This document shows positions 49,887 to 60,628 of a stretch of DNA of 64,000 nt, one piece after another. Position 1 is the stretch's first letter. Every line of letters starts with the position of its first letter. Both the position numbers and the translations under genes were made by a program. The notes beneath the pieces were generated by a model. That model saw only the letters and a program-made list of their open reading frames with translations, had not been told where the DNA came from and did not search any database. Source of the stretch: an uncultured Acidimicrobiaceae bacterium (GTDB lineage Bacteria > Actinomycetota > Acidimicrobiia > Acidimicrobiales > Bog-793); NCBI GenBank assembly GCA_963849105.1, contig CAWKGD010000002.1, positions 33,067 through 97,066 of the forward strand, read 5' to 3'.

Positions 49887-52316
49887 ATGGCCGAGGCCAT
49901 CTCAGTTTCGGGTCCGATCTCGGACACCGAACGCCAGCTTTCCTTCGAGACGGGCAAGCTCGCGCCCCAAGCGGACGGCGCCGTCGTCGTCCGCATCGGC
50001 GACACGCTCGTCCTCGTCACCGCGGTTGCGGCGCGAAAGGTCCGGGAGGGACAGGATTTCTTCCCGCTCACCGTCGACGTCGAAGAGCGGATGTACGCCG
50101 CGGGCAAGATCCCCGGTTCGTTCTTCCGCCGCGAGGGTCGCGCGACCGACCAGGCGATCCTGACCGCCAGGCTCATCGACCGCCCGCTGCGTCCGAGCTT
50201 CCCTGAGGGCTTCCGCAACGAGGTCCACGTCGTCGCGACGATCCTCGGCGCCGACCAGGAGAACCCGCACGACGTCGTGTCGATCAACGGCGCCTCGGCG
50301 GCGCTCATGCTCTCGGGGATCCCCTTTGAAGGACCGATCGGCGCCGTGCGCATCGCCTACACGTCTGAGGGGAAGTGGCTTCCGCACCCCTCGTACCAAG
50401 AGGGCGACGCGGCGACCTTCGAGCTCGTCGTCGCCGGCCGCGCCCTTTCGGACGCGCCCGACGCCGAGGTGGCGATCATGATGGTCGAGGCCGGCGGCAC
50501 GGAGAAGGCGTTTGAGTTCTTCGACGCCGGTGCGCCGAAGGTCACCGAGGACGTCATCGCCGAGGGACTCGAAACCTCGAAGCGCTGGATCCGCGAGTCG
50601 ATCGAGTTGCAGCGCCAGCTCGTCACGAAGGTCGGCGGGAAGCCGACCATTTCTTACGAGGTGTTCGTTGACTACGCGGACGAGGTGCTCTCCCGCGTCG
50701 TCGAAGTCGGCGGCGAGCGGATCGAAAAGGCGAACGCGACGACCGCCAAAGCAGAACGTTCCGCCGCCCTCGACGAGGTGACCGACGCGATCCTCGCCGA
50801 GTTGTCAGACGAGTTCGAAGGCCGCGAGCGCGAGCTGCGCGCCGCGATCCGTTCGCACACGAAGTCCGTCGTTCGCCGACGCATCGTCGAAGAGGGCGTG
50901 CGCATCGACGGCCGCGGTCCAACAGACATCCGTCCCCTCTCTGCCGAGGTTGGCATCCTCCCCACGGCACACGGCTCGGGGTTGTTCCAGCGCGGTGACA
51001 CCCAGGTGCTCAGCGTCGCGACGCTCGGCATGCCGCGCATGAACCAGATGCTCGACACGATCGGCGTCGACGAGACGAAGCGCTACATGCACCACTACAA
51101 CTTCCCGCCCTTTTCGACGGGTGAGCCGGGCTTTATGCGCGGGCCGAAGCGCCGCGAGATCGGCCACGGCCTGCTCGCCGAGCGCGCGCTTTTGCCGGTG
51201 ATCCCCTCCGAAGAGGAGTTCCCCTACACGCTGCGGGTCGTCTCCGATGTGTTGTCGTCGAACGGTTCGACTTCGATGGCGTCGGTGTGTGGCTCGACGC
51301 TCTCGTTGATGGACGCCGGCGTACCGGTTCGCGAACCCGTCGGTGGGATCGCGATGGGTCTCGTCTACGCGGAGGGTCGCTACACGACGCTCACCGACAT
51401 CCTGGGCGCCGAGGACGCATTCGGTGACATGGATTTCAAAGTCGCAGGCACCCGAGACGTCGTCACCGCGCTGCAGCTCGACACGAAGATCGACGGCATT
51501 CCCGCCGACGTGCTCGCGCAGGCGCTCCGTCAGGCGCGCGACGCGCGCCTCCTCGTGCTCGACGTGATGAACAAGGCGATCGAGGCACCGCGGGCGACCG
51601 TGAACACGAACGCTCCGAAGATCGTCACCTTCGAGATCCCGCTCGATCGGATCGGCGAGATCATCGGTCCGAAGGGCAAGATCATCAACGCAATGCAGCA
51701 GGAGACCGGCGCCGACATCGCCGTCGACGATGACGGCACCATCGGACGCGTGACGATCGGCGCGAAGGAGTCGTCGGCGGTCGAGGATGCGCGCCAGCGG
51801 ATCGAGCTGATCCTGAATCCGCCGGCGGCCGAGATCGGCAAGACCTACGACGGCAAGGTCGTGAACATCACGAAGTTCGGGGCGTTCGTGAACATCCTCC
51901 CCGGGCGCGATGGTCTGCTCCACATCTCGCGCATCGGCGGCGGCAAGCGGATCGACCGCGTCGAGGATGTGCTGTCGCTCGGTGACCCTGTCAAGGTGAT
52001 CGTCGAGGACATCGACCCGCAGGGCAAGGTCTCGCTCTCGCTCGTCGGCGAGGACGGGGCACCCGTCGGTGCGTCACGCGAGCCCCGATCAACCGAGGCG
52101 GAAGGCGAACGCGAGTCGCGTCGTGCACCGTCGCGCGAGCGCGCGCCGCGCGCCGAGGTGGAAGAGCCAACCGACGGTGTGCGCCGTGTCTCGTTCGAGG
52201 ACGAGTTCGCCCGCGAGATCGAGGGCGCTTTCGGCGACCTCGGACCGGGTGGGGTGTCGGGCGGCGGTGAGTCGCGCTCTTCGGGGCCGCGCCGGCGCGG
52301 CCGTCCGCGACACTGA
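49887..52316 (+). CDS. pnp: polyribonucleotide nucleotidyltransferase
   Basis: DFFPLTVD.EE, FFRREGR, RLIDRPLRP, RREIGHG, SNGSTSMASVC, GDMDFKVAG; KH and S1 domains; AGGAG RBS. Confidence 0.98.
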   Translation: MAEAISVSGPISDTERQLSFETGKLAPQADGAVVVRIGDTLVLVTAVAARKVREGQDFFPLTVDVEERMYAAGKIPGSFFRREGRATDQAILTARLIDRPLRPSFPEGFRNEVHVVATILGADQENPHDVVSINGASAALMLSGIPFEGPIGAVRIAYTSEGKWLPHPSYQEGDAATFELVVAGRALSDAPDAEVAIMMVEAGGTEKAFEFFDAGAPKVTEDVIAEGLETSKRWIRESIELQRQLVTKVGGKPTISYEVFVDYADEVLSRVVEVGGERIEKANATTAKAERSAALDEVTDAILAELSDEFEGRERELRAAIRSHTKSVVRRRIVEEGVRIDGRGPTDIRPLSAEVGILPTAHGSGLFQRGDTQVLSVATLGMPRMNQMLDTIGVDETKRYMHHYNFPPFSTGEPGFMRGPKRREIGHGLLAERALLPVIPSEEEFPYTLRVVSDVLSSNGSTSMASVCGSTLSLMDAGVPVREPVGGIAMGLVYAEGRYTTLTDILGAEDAFGDMDFKVAGTRDVVTALQLDTKIDGIPADVLAQALRQARDARLLVLDVMNKAIEAPRATVNTNAPKIVTFEIPLDRIGEIIGPKGKIINAMQQETGADIAVDDDGTIGRVTIGAKESSAVEDARQRIELILNPPAAEIGKTYDGKVVNITKFGAFVNILPGRDGLLHISRIGGGKRIDRVEDVLSLGDPVKVIVEDIDPQGKVSLSLVGEDGAPVGASREPRSTEAEGERESRRAPSRERAPRAEVEEPTDGVRRVSFEDEFAREIEGAFGDLGPGGVSGGGESRSSGPRRRGRPRH

Positions 52317-53593
52317 GCGCCGACGCCAGGCGCCCCGCGTCGGCGGGGCGCCAAGTCGTCACGATCTCGTCGCTCGAGAGCGGCATCCGACTCGTCACCG
52401 AGTCGATGCCGGACGTCCACTCGGCCTGCGCCGGGTTCTGGGTCGGCACGGGCTCGCGCGACGAGTCCCCTGAACAGGCTGGGATTTCGCACTTCTTGGA
52501 GCACCTGTTGTTCAAAGGCTCTCCGACGCGCTCGGCGCGCTCGATCGCAGAACAGATCGACGCGGTCGGCGGCGACATGAACGCCTTCACGACAAAGGAG
52601 TTCACCGCCTTTTACGTCCGCACGCTCGCGAGCGACGTCGAACTCGGCCTCGACATCTTGTCGGACATCTTCTGGGAGCCGGCGTTGCGCGTCGACGAAG
52701 TCGACTCCGAACGCCAGGTGATCCTGGAGGAGGTGCTGATGCATCGCGACGAACCCGCCGACGTCGTCCAGGAACGCTTCGCCGACGCGTGCTTCCCGGG
52801 ACACCCGCTCGGGCGCGAGGTCCTCGGTGAACTGGAGGTGATCACGAACGTCACCGTCGACGCGATCCGGGCATTTCTTGCCGAGCACTATCGGCCGGCG
52901 AACGTCGTCGTCGCCGTCGCGGGCGACATCGATCACGATCGGATCGCCGACGGCATCGAGCGCCGCTTCGCGGGTGTGGTGGGCGGCACGTCGCCCGCGC
53001 GCTCCGCGCCTTCGGGCGATGTGCGCCGTCTCGACGTGACGACACGCGACACCGAGCAAGCACAGATCGTCCTCGGCATGCGGGCGCTCGATCGCCGCTC
53101 GCCGAGGCGGTTCGCCCTCTCGCTGCTCAACCACATTTTGGGCGGCGGCATCTCCTCGCGGCTTTTCCAAACGATCCGCGAAGAGCGCGGACTCGCCTAC
53201 TCGGTTGTCTCCGAGCGGCTCGCCTTCGAGGACTCCGGGGCGCTTGCGATTTCGGTCGGAACCGGGCCGGAACGGGTCCACGAGGTCCTCGACCTCATCT
53301 CAGAAGAGCTCGATCTGCTGGCGGCGAAGGGGGTCACCCAAGACGAGCTCGACCGGGCGAAGGGTCACGTCCACGCCGACACCTGGCTCGGCCTCGAGGA
53401 CACCGGCACGCGCATGTCGCGCATCGCGTCGGGTCTGTTGTTGATGGACGAAGTGCCGAGTGTCGACGAGCAGCTCGGAAAAGTCGATGCCGTCCGCCTG
53501 GACGAGGTCGCGCAACTCGCCCGCGAGGTGCTCGAAGCTGAACGCGTCTGCGCGGTCGTCGGTCCCTTCGAGGAGTCGGACTTCACCGCCTGA
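52313..53593 (+). CDS. M16-family zinc peptidase (first canonical start is ATG 52406; probable CTG start at 52313)
   Basis: GSRDE...GISHFLEHLLFKG (HXXEH), NAFTTKE, LGGGISSRLFQ.IREERGLAYSV; family-like N-terminal SLESGIRLVTE precedes the ATG. Confidence 0.9.
   Translation: MSADARRPASAGRQVVTISSLESGIRLVTESMPDVHSACAGFWVGTGSRDESPEQAGISHFLEHLLFKGSPTRSARSIAEQIDAVGGDMNAFTTKEFTAFYVRTLASDVELGLDILSDIFWEPALRVDEVDSERQVILEEVLMHRDEPADVVQERFADACFPGHPLGREVLGELEVITNVTVDAIRAFLAEHYRPANVVVAVAGDIDHDRIADGIERRFAGVVGGTSPARSAPSGDVRRLDVTTRDTEQAQIVLGMRALDRRSPRRFALSLLNHILGGGISSRLFQTIREERGLAYSVVSERLAFEDSGALAISVGTGPERVHEVLDLISEELDLLAAKGVTQDELDRAKGHVHADTWLGLEDTGTRMSRIASGLLLMDEVPSVDEQLGKVDAVRLDEVAQLAREVLEAERVCAVVGPFEESDFTA
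52329..52352 (+). terminator. GC hairpin after the pnp stop (terminator or 3' stabiliser, no U-tract)
   Basis: GGCGCCCCGC-GTCG-GCGGGGCGCC, perfect 10-bp stem. Confidence 0.4.
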
Positions 53594-53680
53594 GCGGCGG
53601 GCTGTATTCGAGGGTTTCGAGGGATCCGGGGGCAGCGCGCAAAGGCGATCCCTGCCAACGAAAGCTCAGAACGAGCGTTC

Positions 53681-54646
53681 TCAGTGCAGCCGAACTCGGG
53701 GGTCGAGCATCGCGTAGCCGATGTCGACGAGCAGGTTGGCGACGACGACCGCGGCGGCCGTGACGATCACAACGCCGATGATGACCGGCAGGTCCTGGTT
53801 GGTGATCGCCTGGACGGCGGTGTAGCCGAGCCCAGGGAGACCGAAGACGACCTCGGTGATCACCGCCCCGCCGAACAGCGTGCCGGTGTCGATCCCGAGC
53901 TGGGTGATCACCGGCGCGAGCGCGGCGCGCAGCCCATGGCGGAAGGTGATCCGCGATTCACGCAGCCCCTTGGCGCGCGCCGTGCGGATGTAGTCCTCGC
54001 CGAGCACGTCGAGCATCGATGTGCGCGTGAGGCGCGTGTAGGCGGCCGCCGAGACGAGGGCGAGCGTGACCCAGGGGAGGATCAGGTGCTGGAACCAGCC
54101 GAAGACGCTCTGACCCGGCGAGACGTATCCCGATGCCGGGAACCAGTGCAACCCGTGCACGCTCAACTCGAAGTAGAGCAGCTCGAGCAACAGCAGGCCG
54201 AGGACGAACGAGGGCATCGAATAGAAGAAAAGCGCGAGCACCGTGAAGACGCGGTCGAGCAGCGAGCGCGGTCGGACTGCCGAAGCGACACCGGAGAGCA
54301 CTCCGATCGTGAACCAGATCACGGCTGCACCGATCACGAGCGAGAGCGTGATCGGGAAGGCCTGGGCGATGATCGAGTTCACCGATTCCCCGTGGTAGTA
54401 GTCGTAGCCGAGGTTGCCGTGCGCGAGTTGTGACACAAAGTGCCCGTACTGCACGTACCACGGGCGATCGAGCAAAAGCCGCTGCGCGATCAGCTTCACC
54501 GTCGATGGCAGCGCTTCGCGCCCAGCGAGCGCCCGGGCGACGAACGCCGGGCCGGGTCCGACGTAAAAGATCAGGAAGACGATCACCGTGACGAAGAACA
54601 TCACGAGCACACCGAGCGCGATCCGGCGGGCGAGAAAGCGGATCAT
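53681..54646 (-). CDS. peptide/nickel ABC transporter permease (OppB/DppB)
   Basis: RTSMLDVLGEDYIRTARAKGL, GGAVITEVVFGLPGLG, DIGYAMLDPRVR. Confidence 0.93.
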   Translation of the reverse strand: MIRFLARRIALGVLVMFFVTVIVFLIFYVGPGPAFVARALAGREALPSTVKLIAQRLLLDRPWYVQYGHFVSQLAHGNLGYDYYHGESVNSIIAQAFPITLSLVIGAAVIWFTIGVLSGVASAVRPRSLLDRVFTVLALFFYSMPSFVLGLLLLELLYFELSVHGLHWFPASGYVSPGQSVFGWFQHLILPWVTLALVSAAAYTRLTRTSMLDVLGEDYIRTARAKGLRESRITFRHGLRAALAPVITQLGIDTGTLFGGAVITEVVFGLPGLGYTAVQAITNQDLPVIIGVVIVTAAAVVVANLLVDIGYAMLDPRVRLH

Positions 54647-55701
54647 TGCTTCTCTGCGATCAGTCGGCTGGCGCGAGGATCGAAGGCGTCGCGGATTCCG
54701 TCCCCCAAGACGTTGAACGCGACTGTCGTAATCAATAGCGCCAGGCTCGGGAACAGCACGTACCACCAGGCTTCCTGGAGGTAGGGCTGTGAGTCGGAGA
54801 TCATCGATCCCCAGTCGGCGGTCGGCGCCGGAATGCCGACCCCGAGAAACGAAAGCGTCGCCTCGGCGACGATGCTCAAGGGGATCAACAGCGACGCGTA
54901 GACGATGATCGTCGCGACGACGTTCGGCACGACGTCGACGAGCAGCACCCGCCACGCAGACGCCCCGAGCGAGCGCGCCGCTTCGATGTACTCCTTTTCC
55001 CGAATCGCCAACACCTGGCCGCGCACGATGCGCGCCACCGTCGACCAAGAGAAGATTCCGATCACGAGGATCACGATCGCGATCCCCTGGTGGAGCGAGA
55101 TCGGCCCGAAGTGCAACGGCGTGATCGAGACGACCGAGGCGAGCGAGATCGCGAACAACAGGAACGGGATCGCGAGCATGATGTCGACGAGGCGGGAGAG
55201 GAGTGTGTCGACGATGCCGCCGAAGTAGCCGGCGAGCAGTCCGATGATTGCCCCGATCACGACGGTGAGCAGCGTGGCGACGACGCCGACAAGGAGGGAC
55301 ACCTGTGCGCCGTAGGCGATGCGCACGAGGAGATCTCGGCCCAAATCATCGGTGCCGAGGAGGAAATGCGCCGAGGGGGGTACCGGCAAGCCGTCGACCG
55401 TCGTTCCGTTCGCGTACTGGGTGTTCGGCGGGTGTCCGGTCAGGATCGCGACGACGGGCGCGAAAATCGCTAGCAGCGCGATCAGGATGACCACGCCGAG
55501 AGCGATCATCGCCGCTCGGTCGTGAACGAGGCGCTCGAGCGCGAGCCGTGTCGGGCTGCGCGCTTCGACTCGGCGTTCGACGATGGGCGCTTCGATCCCG
55601 AGCCCGTCGAGCTCTCGGCGCTCTTCATCGTCGAGCGCCGTGGCGACGACGCCGTCCTGATACTCGATCGTCACGGGTACGTTCAGCCCGCCCGGGATCA
55701 C
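54643..55701 (-). CDS. peptide ABC transporter permease (OppC/DppC)
   Basis: LLGTDDLGRD, EYIEAARSLGAS, EATLSFLGVG, FNVLGDGIRDAFDP. Confidence 0.93.
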   Translation of the reverse strand: MIPGGLNVPVTIEYQDGVVATALDDEERRELDGLGIEAPIVERRVEARSPTRLALERLVHDRAAMIALGVVILIALLAIFAPVVAILTGHPPNTQYANGTTVDGLPVPPSAHFLLGTDDLGRDLLVRIAYGAQVSLLVGVVATLLTVVIGAIIGLLAGYFGGIVDTLLSRLVDIMLAIPFLLFAISLASVVSITPLHFGPISLHQGIAIVILVIGIFSWSTVARIVRGQVLAIREKEYIEAARSLGASAWRVLLVDVVPNVVATIIVYASLLIPLSIVAEATLSFLGVGIPAPTADWGSMISDSQPYLQEAWWYVLFPSLALLITTVAFNVLGDGIRDAFDPRASRLIAEKQ

Positions 55702-56849
55702 TTTCGGCCTTCCTCGCTTGGCGCGGCGCCACCGAACGACATCGTCTGTGAGCCGGTGCCGGTGCTCGTCGCCACGAGGGTCTCACCGTCCGCGAGCGGG
55801 TAGTGGCAGGCGGCGACGTGCCCGGACGGGTCGCCGAGCTGGGGTTGCAGCATCGGCTCCTCGCTCCGACAGAGATCGGTGGCCCGCGGGCAGCGGGAGT
55901 TGAAGCGGCATCCAAGCGGCGGGTGGATCGGAGACGGCAGGTCTCCGGTCAGCACGATCCGGGGCTTGTGGTCGACGTAGTCGGGGTCAGGGACCGGAAC
56001 CGCCGCCAGCAGCGCGGCGCTGTAGGGATGACGAGGCGAGCGGTAGATGTCACCGACCGGTCCGCGCTCGACGACCTTGCCGAGATACATCACCTCGACC
56101 CGGTCACTGACGTGACGGACGACGGAGAGGTCGTGCGCGATGAAGACATAGGTGAGGCCGAACTCGGCCTGCAGGTCGGTGAGGAGGTTGAGGATCTGGG
56201 CCTGAATGCTGACGTCGAGGGCCGACACCGGCTCGTCGCAGACGACGAGCTTGGGTCGGAGCGCGAGGGCTCTCGCGACGCCGATTCGCTGTCGTTGACC
56301 GCCGGAGAACTCGTTCGGGAAACGGTTGTAGTGCTCCGGGTTGAGCCCGACGCGCGCCATCAGCTCTTGCACGTGCCGCCGGCGTTCGGCGCGCGACTCC
56401 TTCGTGTGGATCGCGAGCGGGTCGGCGATGATCGAGCCGACCCGCCGTCGCGGGTTCAGCGCGCCATAGGGATCCTGAAAGACCATCTGCATCTCGCGAC
56501 GCAACGGCCGTAGCCGTCGCGTCGAAAGCGAGCTGATCTCCCGATCGTCGAAAAAGACCTTGCCAGCGGTCACCGGGTACAGGCCGAGTAGGCATCGCGC
56601 GAGCGTCGACTTGCCCGACCCGGATTCGCCGACGATGCCGAGGGTCTCGCCGCGGCGGACATCGAAGCTCACATCGTCGACAGCGTGGACGACCTCGCGC
56701 TCGGTGCCGATCCGGCGGGCGCCCTGAACAGGGAAGTGCTTCACGACGTGTTCGACGCGGACGAGCTCCTCGCCCGAAATACTCGCGTCGGGCCTAGCGG
56801 CGGCGCCGACTTTTCGCCGCGGTTCCGGCGAGACCGCGAGTTCGCTCAC
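55698..56849 (-). CDS. peptide ABC transporter ATP-binding protein (OppF/DppF)
   Basis: [33 protein letters not shown]-terminal HPY/Cys domain. Confidence 0.94.
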   Translation of the reverse strand: MSELAVSPEPRRKVGAAARPDASISGEELVRVEHVVKHFPVQGARRIGTEREVVHAVDDVSFDVRRGETLGIVGESGSGKSTLARCLLGLYPVTAGKVFFDDREISSLSTRRLRPLRREMQMVFQDPYGALNPRRRVGSIIADPLAIHTKESRAERRRHVQELMARVGLNPEHYNRFPNEFSGGQRQRIGVARALALRPKLVVCDEPVSALDVSIQAQILNLLTDLQAEFGLTYVFIAHDLSVVRHVSDRVEVMYLGKVVERGPVGDIYRSPRHPYSAALLAAVPVPDPDYVDHKPRIVLTGDLPSPIHPPLGCRFNSRCPRATDLCRSEEPMLQPQLGDPSGHVAACHYPLADGETLVATSTGTGSQTMSFGGAAPSEEGRK

Positions 56850-58144
56850 CGCGACCCCGCGTTTGGCTCGATCGAATCCATTGGCGATACCGCAGCGTTT
56901 TTGCTCGCGGGCGAGATGGTCGCGTCATCCGCTTCGAGCCAACAGGACGAGACGTGCGCGCTGGCGGCGGCGGCGCCGCTGCCTGATTTGCTCGCGCCGT
57001 CCGTGCCGGTCGCGTCAGTGTCCGGCCGACGGTCCAATTTGAAGCGGGTCGAACGGCTGGCGATCGCGACCGCTGGTGTCGCGGCAACGGTGAACAGTGG
57101 TGGGCGCTCGCGCGCACACCGTTCCATGCGGTAGGCGCAGCGCGGCGTGAAGGGGCACCCCGGTGCCAGCCCGAGCAGGCTCGGTGGTTGGCCCGGGATC
57201 GAGTGGAGGTGGCGGCGCGCGAACGGGTCGACGACCTCGTCGCCACCCGCCGTCGTCCCGGCGCTGCTCGCCGGGGTTTCCGCCGAAGGTGCCGCGTCGG
57301 GCGCCGCCGTTGAAGAGGCGGGGAGGTCTTCCACGAGTTCGCCAGAGGCCGAAAGCTCGTCGTAGCTCGGGAGCGATTGCAGCAATCCGATCGTGTAGGG
57401 ATGGCGGCCGTCGTAGAACAGCTCACGGCGCGGTGCGCGCTCCATCACCGAGCCGGCGTACATCACGACTACCTCGTCGGCGACCTCGGCGATCACGCCG
57501 AGGTCGTGGGTGATGAGGATGATCGCCATCGCGAAGGACCGCTGCAGATCCGCGAGGACGGCGAGGATCTGCGCTTGAACGGTGACGTCGAGAGCGGTTG
57601 TCGGCTCGTCGGCGATGAGGAGTGACGGGTTGAGCGCCATCGACATGGCGATCATCACTCGTTGGCGCATCCCGCCCGAGAACTGGTGCGGGTAGTCATC
57701 GACGCGCCGGGAAGGCTCGGGGATCCCGACGAGGTCCAACAACTCGATCGCGCGACGCCGCGCCGCGTGACGGTTCACCGAGCGATCGTGGGCACGCAAC
57801 AGCTCGACGATCTGCCAGCCGACCTTGTAGTACGGGTGCAGGCTCGAAAGCGGGTCTTGGAAGATCATCCCGATGCGCGCGCCGCGCAGCGCGCGGAACT
57901 TCGCGGGCGGCATTTTGAGGAGGTCCTCACCCTCGAAGAGCGCTTCGCCGCGGATCCGCACAGAAGCACCGCGCGTCAATCCGAGGATCGTCTGCACCGA
58001 GACGCTCTTGCCCGATCCGGACTCGCCGACGATGCCGAGCGTCTGACCGCGCTCAAGGGAAAACGAGAGGTCCCGCACCGCCCGCACCGAACCATCGGGC
58101 GTGTCGAACGCCACGTTCAGCGCGTTCACCTCGAGCAGCGACAT
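56846..58144 (-). CDS. peptide ABC transporter ATP-binding protein (OppD/DppD)
   Basis: [47 protein letters not shown]. Confidence 0.94.
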   Translation of the reverse strand: MSLLEVNALNVAFDTPDGSVRAVRDLSFSLERGQTLGIVGESGSGKSVSVQTILGLTRGASVRIRGEALFEGEDLLKMPPAKFRALRGARIGMIFQDPLSSLHPYYKVGWQIVELLRAHDRSVNRHAARRRAIELLDLVGIPEPSRRVDDYPHQFSGGMRQRVMIAMSMALNPSLLIADEPTTALDVTVQAQILAVLADLQRSFAMAIILITHDLGVIAEVADEVVVMYAGSVMERAPRRELFYDGRHPYTIGLLQSLPSYDELSASGELVEDLPASSTAAPDAAPSAETPASSAGTTAGGDEVVDPFARRHLHSIPGQPPSLLGLAPGCPFTPRCAYRMERCARERPPLFTVAATPAVAIASRSTRFKLDRRPDTDATGTDGASKSGSGAAAASAHVSSCWLEADDATISPASKNAAVSPMDSIEPNAGSR

Positions 58145-58240
58145 CTGCCCCCATTACGACCCGACCATCTCCCACCGCACCGCTGCTTTCGACGGTGTGG
58201 CGAGTCAGAAAGTGCGTTCACGCTAGTTGTCGTCGCCGTT

Positions 58241-58278
58241 CGGTAAGCCTGCGCCCCCTTACGGGCGCAGGCTTACCG
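58241..58278 (-). terminator. 16-bp perfect hairpin downstream of the substrate-binding protein gene
   Basis: CGGTAAGCCTGCGCCC (58241-58256) / GGGCGCAGGCTTACCG (58263-58278). Confidence 0.65.
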
Positions 58279-58317
58279 GTGGCGTTTGTCGCCGTTCGGG
58301 TTTCTTTTCGAACCTGC

Positions 58318-60144
58318 TCAGGTGTTCTGCCGGTTATTCGGCGACAGCCAGACGTTCGTCGGGTCGATTGCCTGGATCTGCGGCACGAAGACAGCGTTGT
58401 TCACCTGGCTCGCGTAGTAGGTGGCAAAGGTCGGGTCGTTGATCGGATAGGCGGCGGCGTCGGCCATCAGCGAATGGTCGGCCTCGCCCCAAAGCGTCGC
58501 CGCCTGCGCCGTCGTCGGCGCGACGATCGCCTCGCTGATCAAGGTGTTCGCCTTCGCATCGTTCACCCAGCCGAAGTCAGAGCCGGCGGGCGGGAAAGCG
58601 TCCGCGTCGTAGGTCGGTTGCAGGAAGCTGTCCGAGTCGTTCGCGCCGTACCAGTCGGGGAACCACTGCCCGAAGCCGAGATCCCACGTTCCGGCCTTCG
58701 CGACAGTCGGCACCTCGTAGTACTTGGCGTAGATGTCCGCCGACGGAACGCCGACGCCCGAGACGCTCACCCCGACCTGTGAGAGTTCGAACTGGATTGT
58801 CTGGAACATCTTCACCTGGGTCGGGTTGTCCGTCTGATAGAGGAACTTCAGCTTCAGGTGGAGAGGCTCAAGGACCGCCTTCGCCTTCGTCGGGTTGTAG
58901 GGGTAGTCGTTGAAGTTCGAGTACCCGATCGCCGACGGCGCCAATAGCTGGGTCAGCGCCGGGGACGCCTGCGGGCCGCCGGCGTCTTTGATCAGCGCCG
59001 ACCGGTCGATCGCGTCCGAGATCGCTTGGCGGACTTTGAGGCTCGCCATCGCCTTGTTCTCGTTAGGCGACACCTCGTTGAACAACACATACGGGTCGAG
59101 GCCGTACGTCGAGCCCAGCACGACCTGTTTGTTGTGGCTGTTGAGCAGCGCCGGAAGCTGCGCCGGCGGGATCGGCGTGTCACCCCAGGCGAGATCCGCG
59201 CTCGACGAGTTCGTCTCGAGTTGTTGTTGGACCGAGGTGGCGCTAACGGTCTCGTTCACCTTGATCTCGTCGACGTACGCCTTACTAATCGGGTCGCTCG
59301 ACGCTTTCCAAGCCGGGTTGCGGACGAAGACGATGCTGCGCGTCGGGTTGTACGACTGGATCTCGTAGGGCCCGTCCGAAATCGTGTGCTGGGCGAAGGC
59401 GGCGCTCGCCGGCAGGTAGTTCAGATCCTCGGCCGGCGCCGGGTTGAAGGCTTCCATCGCCAGCAAGTCGTCGAAGTACGAGGTCGGATGGACGAGCTTG
59501 TAGCTCACCGTAAGACCGCTGGCGGTTATCCCGGAGATCGAGTGCGTGGCGAGAAACGACTTGATGTTCGCCACGCTCGGCTTCACCTTCAAAAAGGCGG
59601 TGCAGAAGCTCTCCATCCCCGAAATCAGGAACTCGAAGTCGGTCACGCCACCGAAGGGCTCCTGCGGGTTGCAGGTCCGCTCGATCCCGAGCTTCGCGTC
59701 CGCACCGGTCACCTGCCGGGGCGGCGAGGTATTCCACATTGCACCCTTGCGGATCGTGATCGTGTAGACGAGCCCGTTGTCACTCACCGTCGGCATCGCC
59801 GTCGCGAGGTCCGGCACCACGGTGGTCGTCTTTCCGGGTACGGCGGGGTAATTGAGGATGCTCCTCGAATACATGCGGATCGCCTCGTAGCCGACCGTGT
59901 AGTACGAGACGTTCGGGTCCATGTAGTCAACGTCGCCGCTGCCCAGCATGTAGAGCACGCCGCCGTATTTCGAGCTCGACGCCTTCGATGAAGCGTGCTG
60001 TGACACTGCCGCTCTGGACGCGTCTCGACGTACCGCCGCCGAGCTGGTTGCCGGGGAAACGCTCAGCGCGCCGAGCGAAGCCGCCGCCAGTATCGAGAAG
60101 GTCAGCGTCGTTCGGCGCCACCTCGAATGAAGGTTGCTGATCAC
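58318..60144 (-). CDS. peptide ABC transporter substrate-binding protein (family 5)
   Basis: Signal peptide; DVDYMDP, VPDLA..MP.VS..G..YT..IRKG, GPYEI; GGAGG 6 nt before GTG 60144. Confidence 0.92.
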   Translation of the reverse strand: MISNLHSRWRRTTLTFSILAAASLGALSVSPATSSAAVRRDASRAAVSQHASSKASSSKYGGVLYMLGSGDVDYMDPNVSYYTVGYEAIRMYSRSILNYPAVPGKTTTVVPDLATAMPTVSDNGLVYTITIRKGAMWNTSPPRQVTGADAKLGIERTCNPQEPFGGVTDFEFLISGMESFCTAFLKVKPSVANIKSFLATHSISGITASGLTVSYKLVHPTSYFDDLLAMEAFNPAPAEDLNYLPASAAFAQHTISDGPYEIQSYNPTRSIVFVRNPAWKASSDPISKAYVDEIKVNETVSATSVQQQLETNSSSADLAWGDTPIPPAQLPALLNSHNKQVVLGSTYGLDPYVLFNEVSPNENKAMASLKVRQAISDAIDRSALIKDAGGPQASPALTQLLAPSAIGYSNFNDYPYNPTKAKAVLEPLHLKLKFLYQTDNPTQVKMFQTIQFELSQVGVSVSGVGVPSADIYAKYYEVPTVAKAGTWDLGFGQWFPDWYGANDSDSFLQPTYDADAFPPAGSDFGWVNDAKANTLISEAIVAPTTAQAATLWGEADHSLMADAAAYPINDPTFATYYASQVNNAVFVPQIQAIDPTNVWLSPNNRQNT

Positions 60145-60628
60145 TCCATGCCTCCCTCGTGTTGTTTCGGGCCGATCTCGACCCGCGCTCCCCCCTTCGC
60201 AGGCCACGCCGGCGCACCGAGAGCGACGACGCGAGCAAAGGGTGAAAGTTTTCTTGGCGCTGGTCCGATGCACCGCTGTTCGGCCCGCTTCGTCGCCACA
60301 GACTGCATTGTCGCGACTGAAATTGCCAACGCTGGATTGCGAACCGTCGACCCCCCATTCAGCTGAACCCCGAATTATCGAGCGCGAGCATCGTACCCAG
60401 TCGGTGCGGGAGCGGAGGACGGGTCGCGCAGCAGGGACTGGCGAAGGCACTGAGTCGGTTGTCTTCACCACTTCGATTCGTCGCCTTGTATCTCGAAGCC
60501 GGCTGTCTCTTCTGGCGGGCGCGACGTCGCCTCGTGCGAATTGGTGTCGGGTCTCCTCGGTTGATGGCGTTCGGAGCCCAGCGTCGGATTGCCGCCGACT
60601 TGGTTACTCCAGTAAAGTCACCGATTCA

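Noticed and set aside
60141-60149. ATG-GAG-TGA mini-ORF overlapping the oppA GTG
   Set aside because: The GGAGG is only 1 nt from that ATG but optimally spaced for the oppA GTG; likely incidental.
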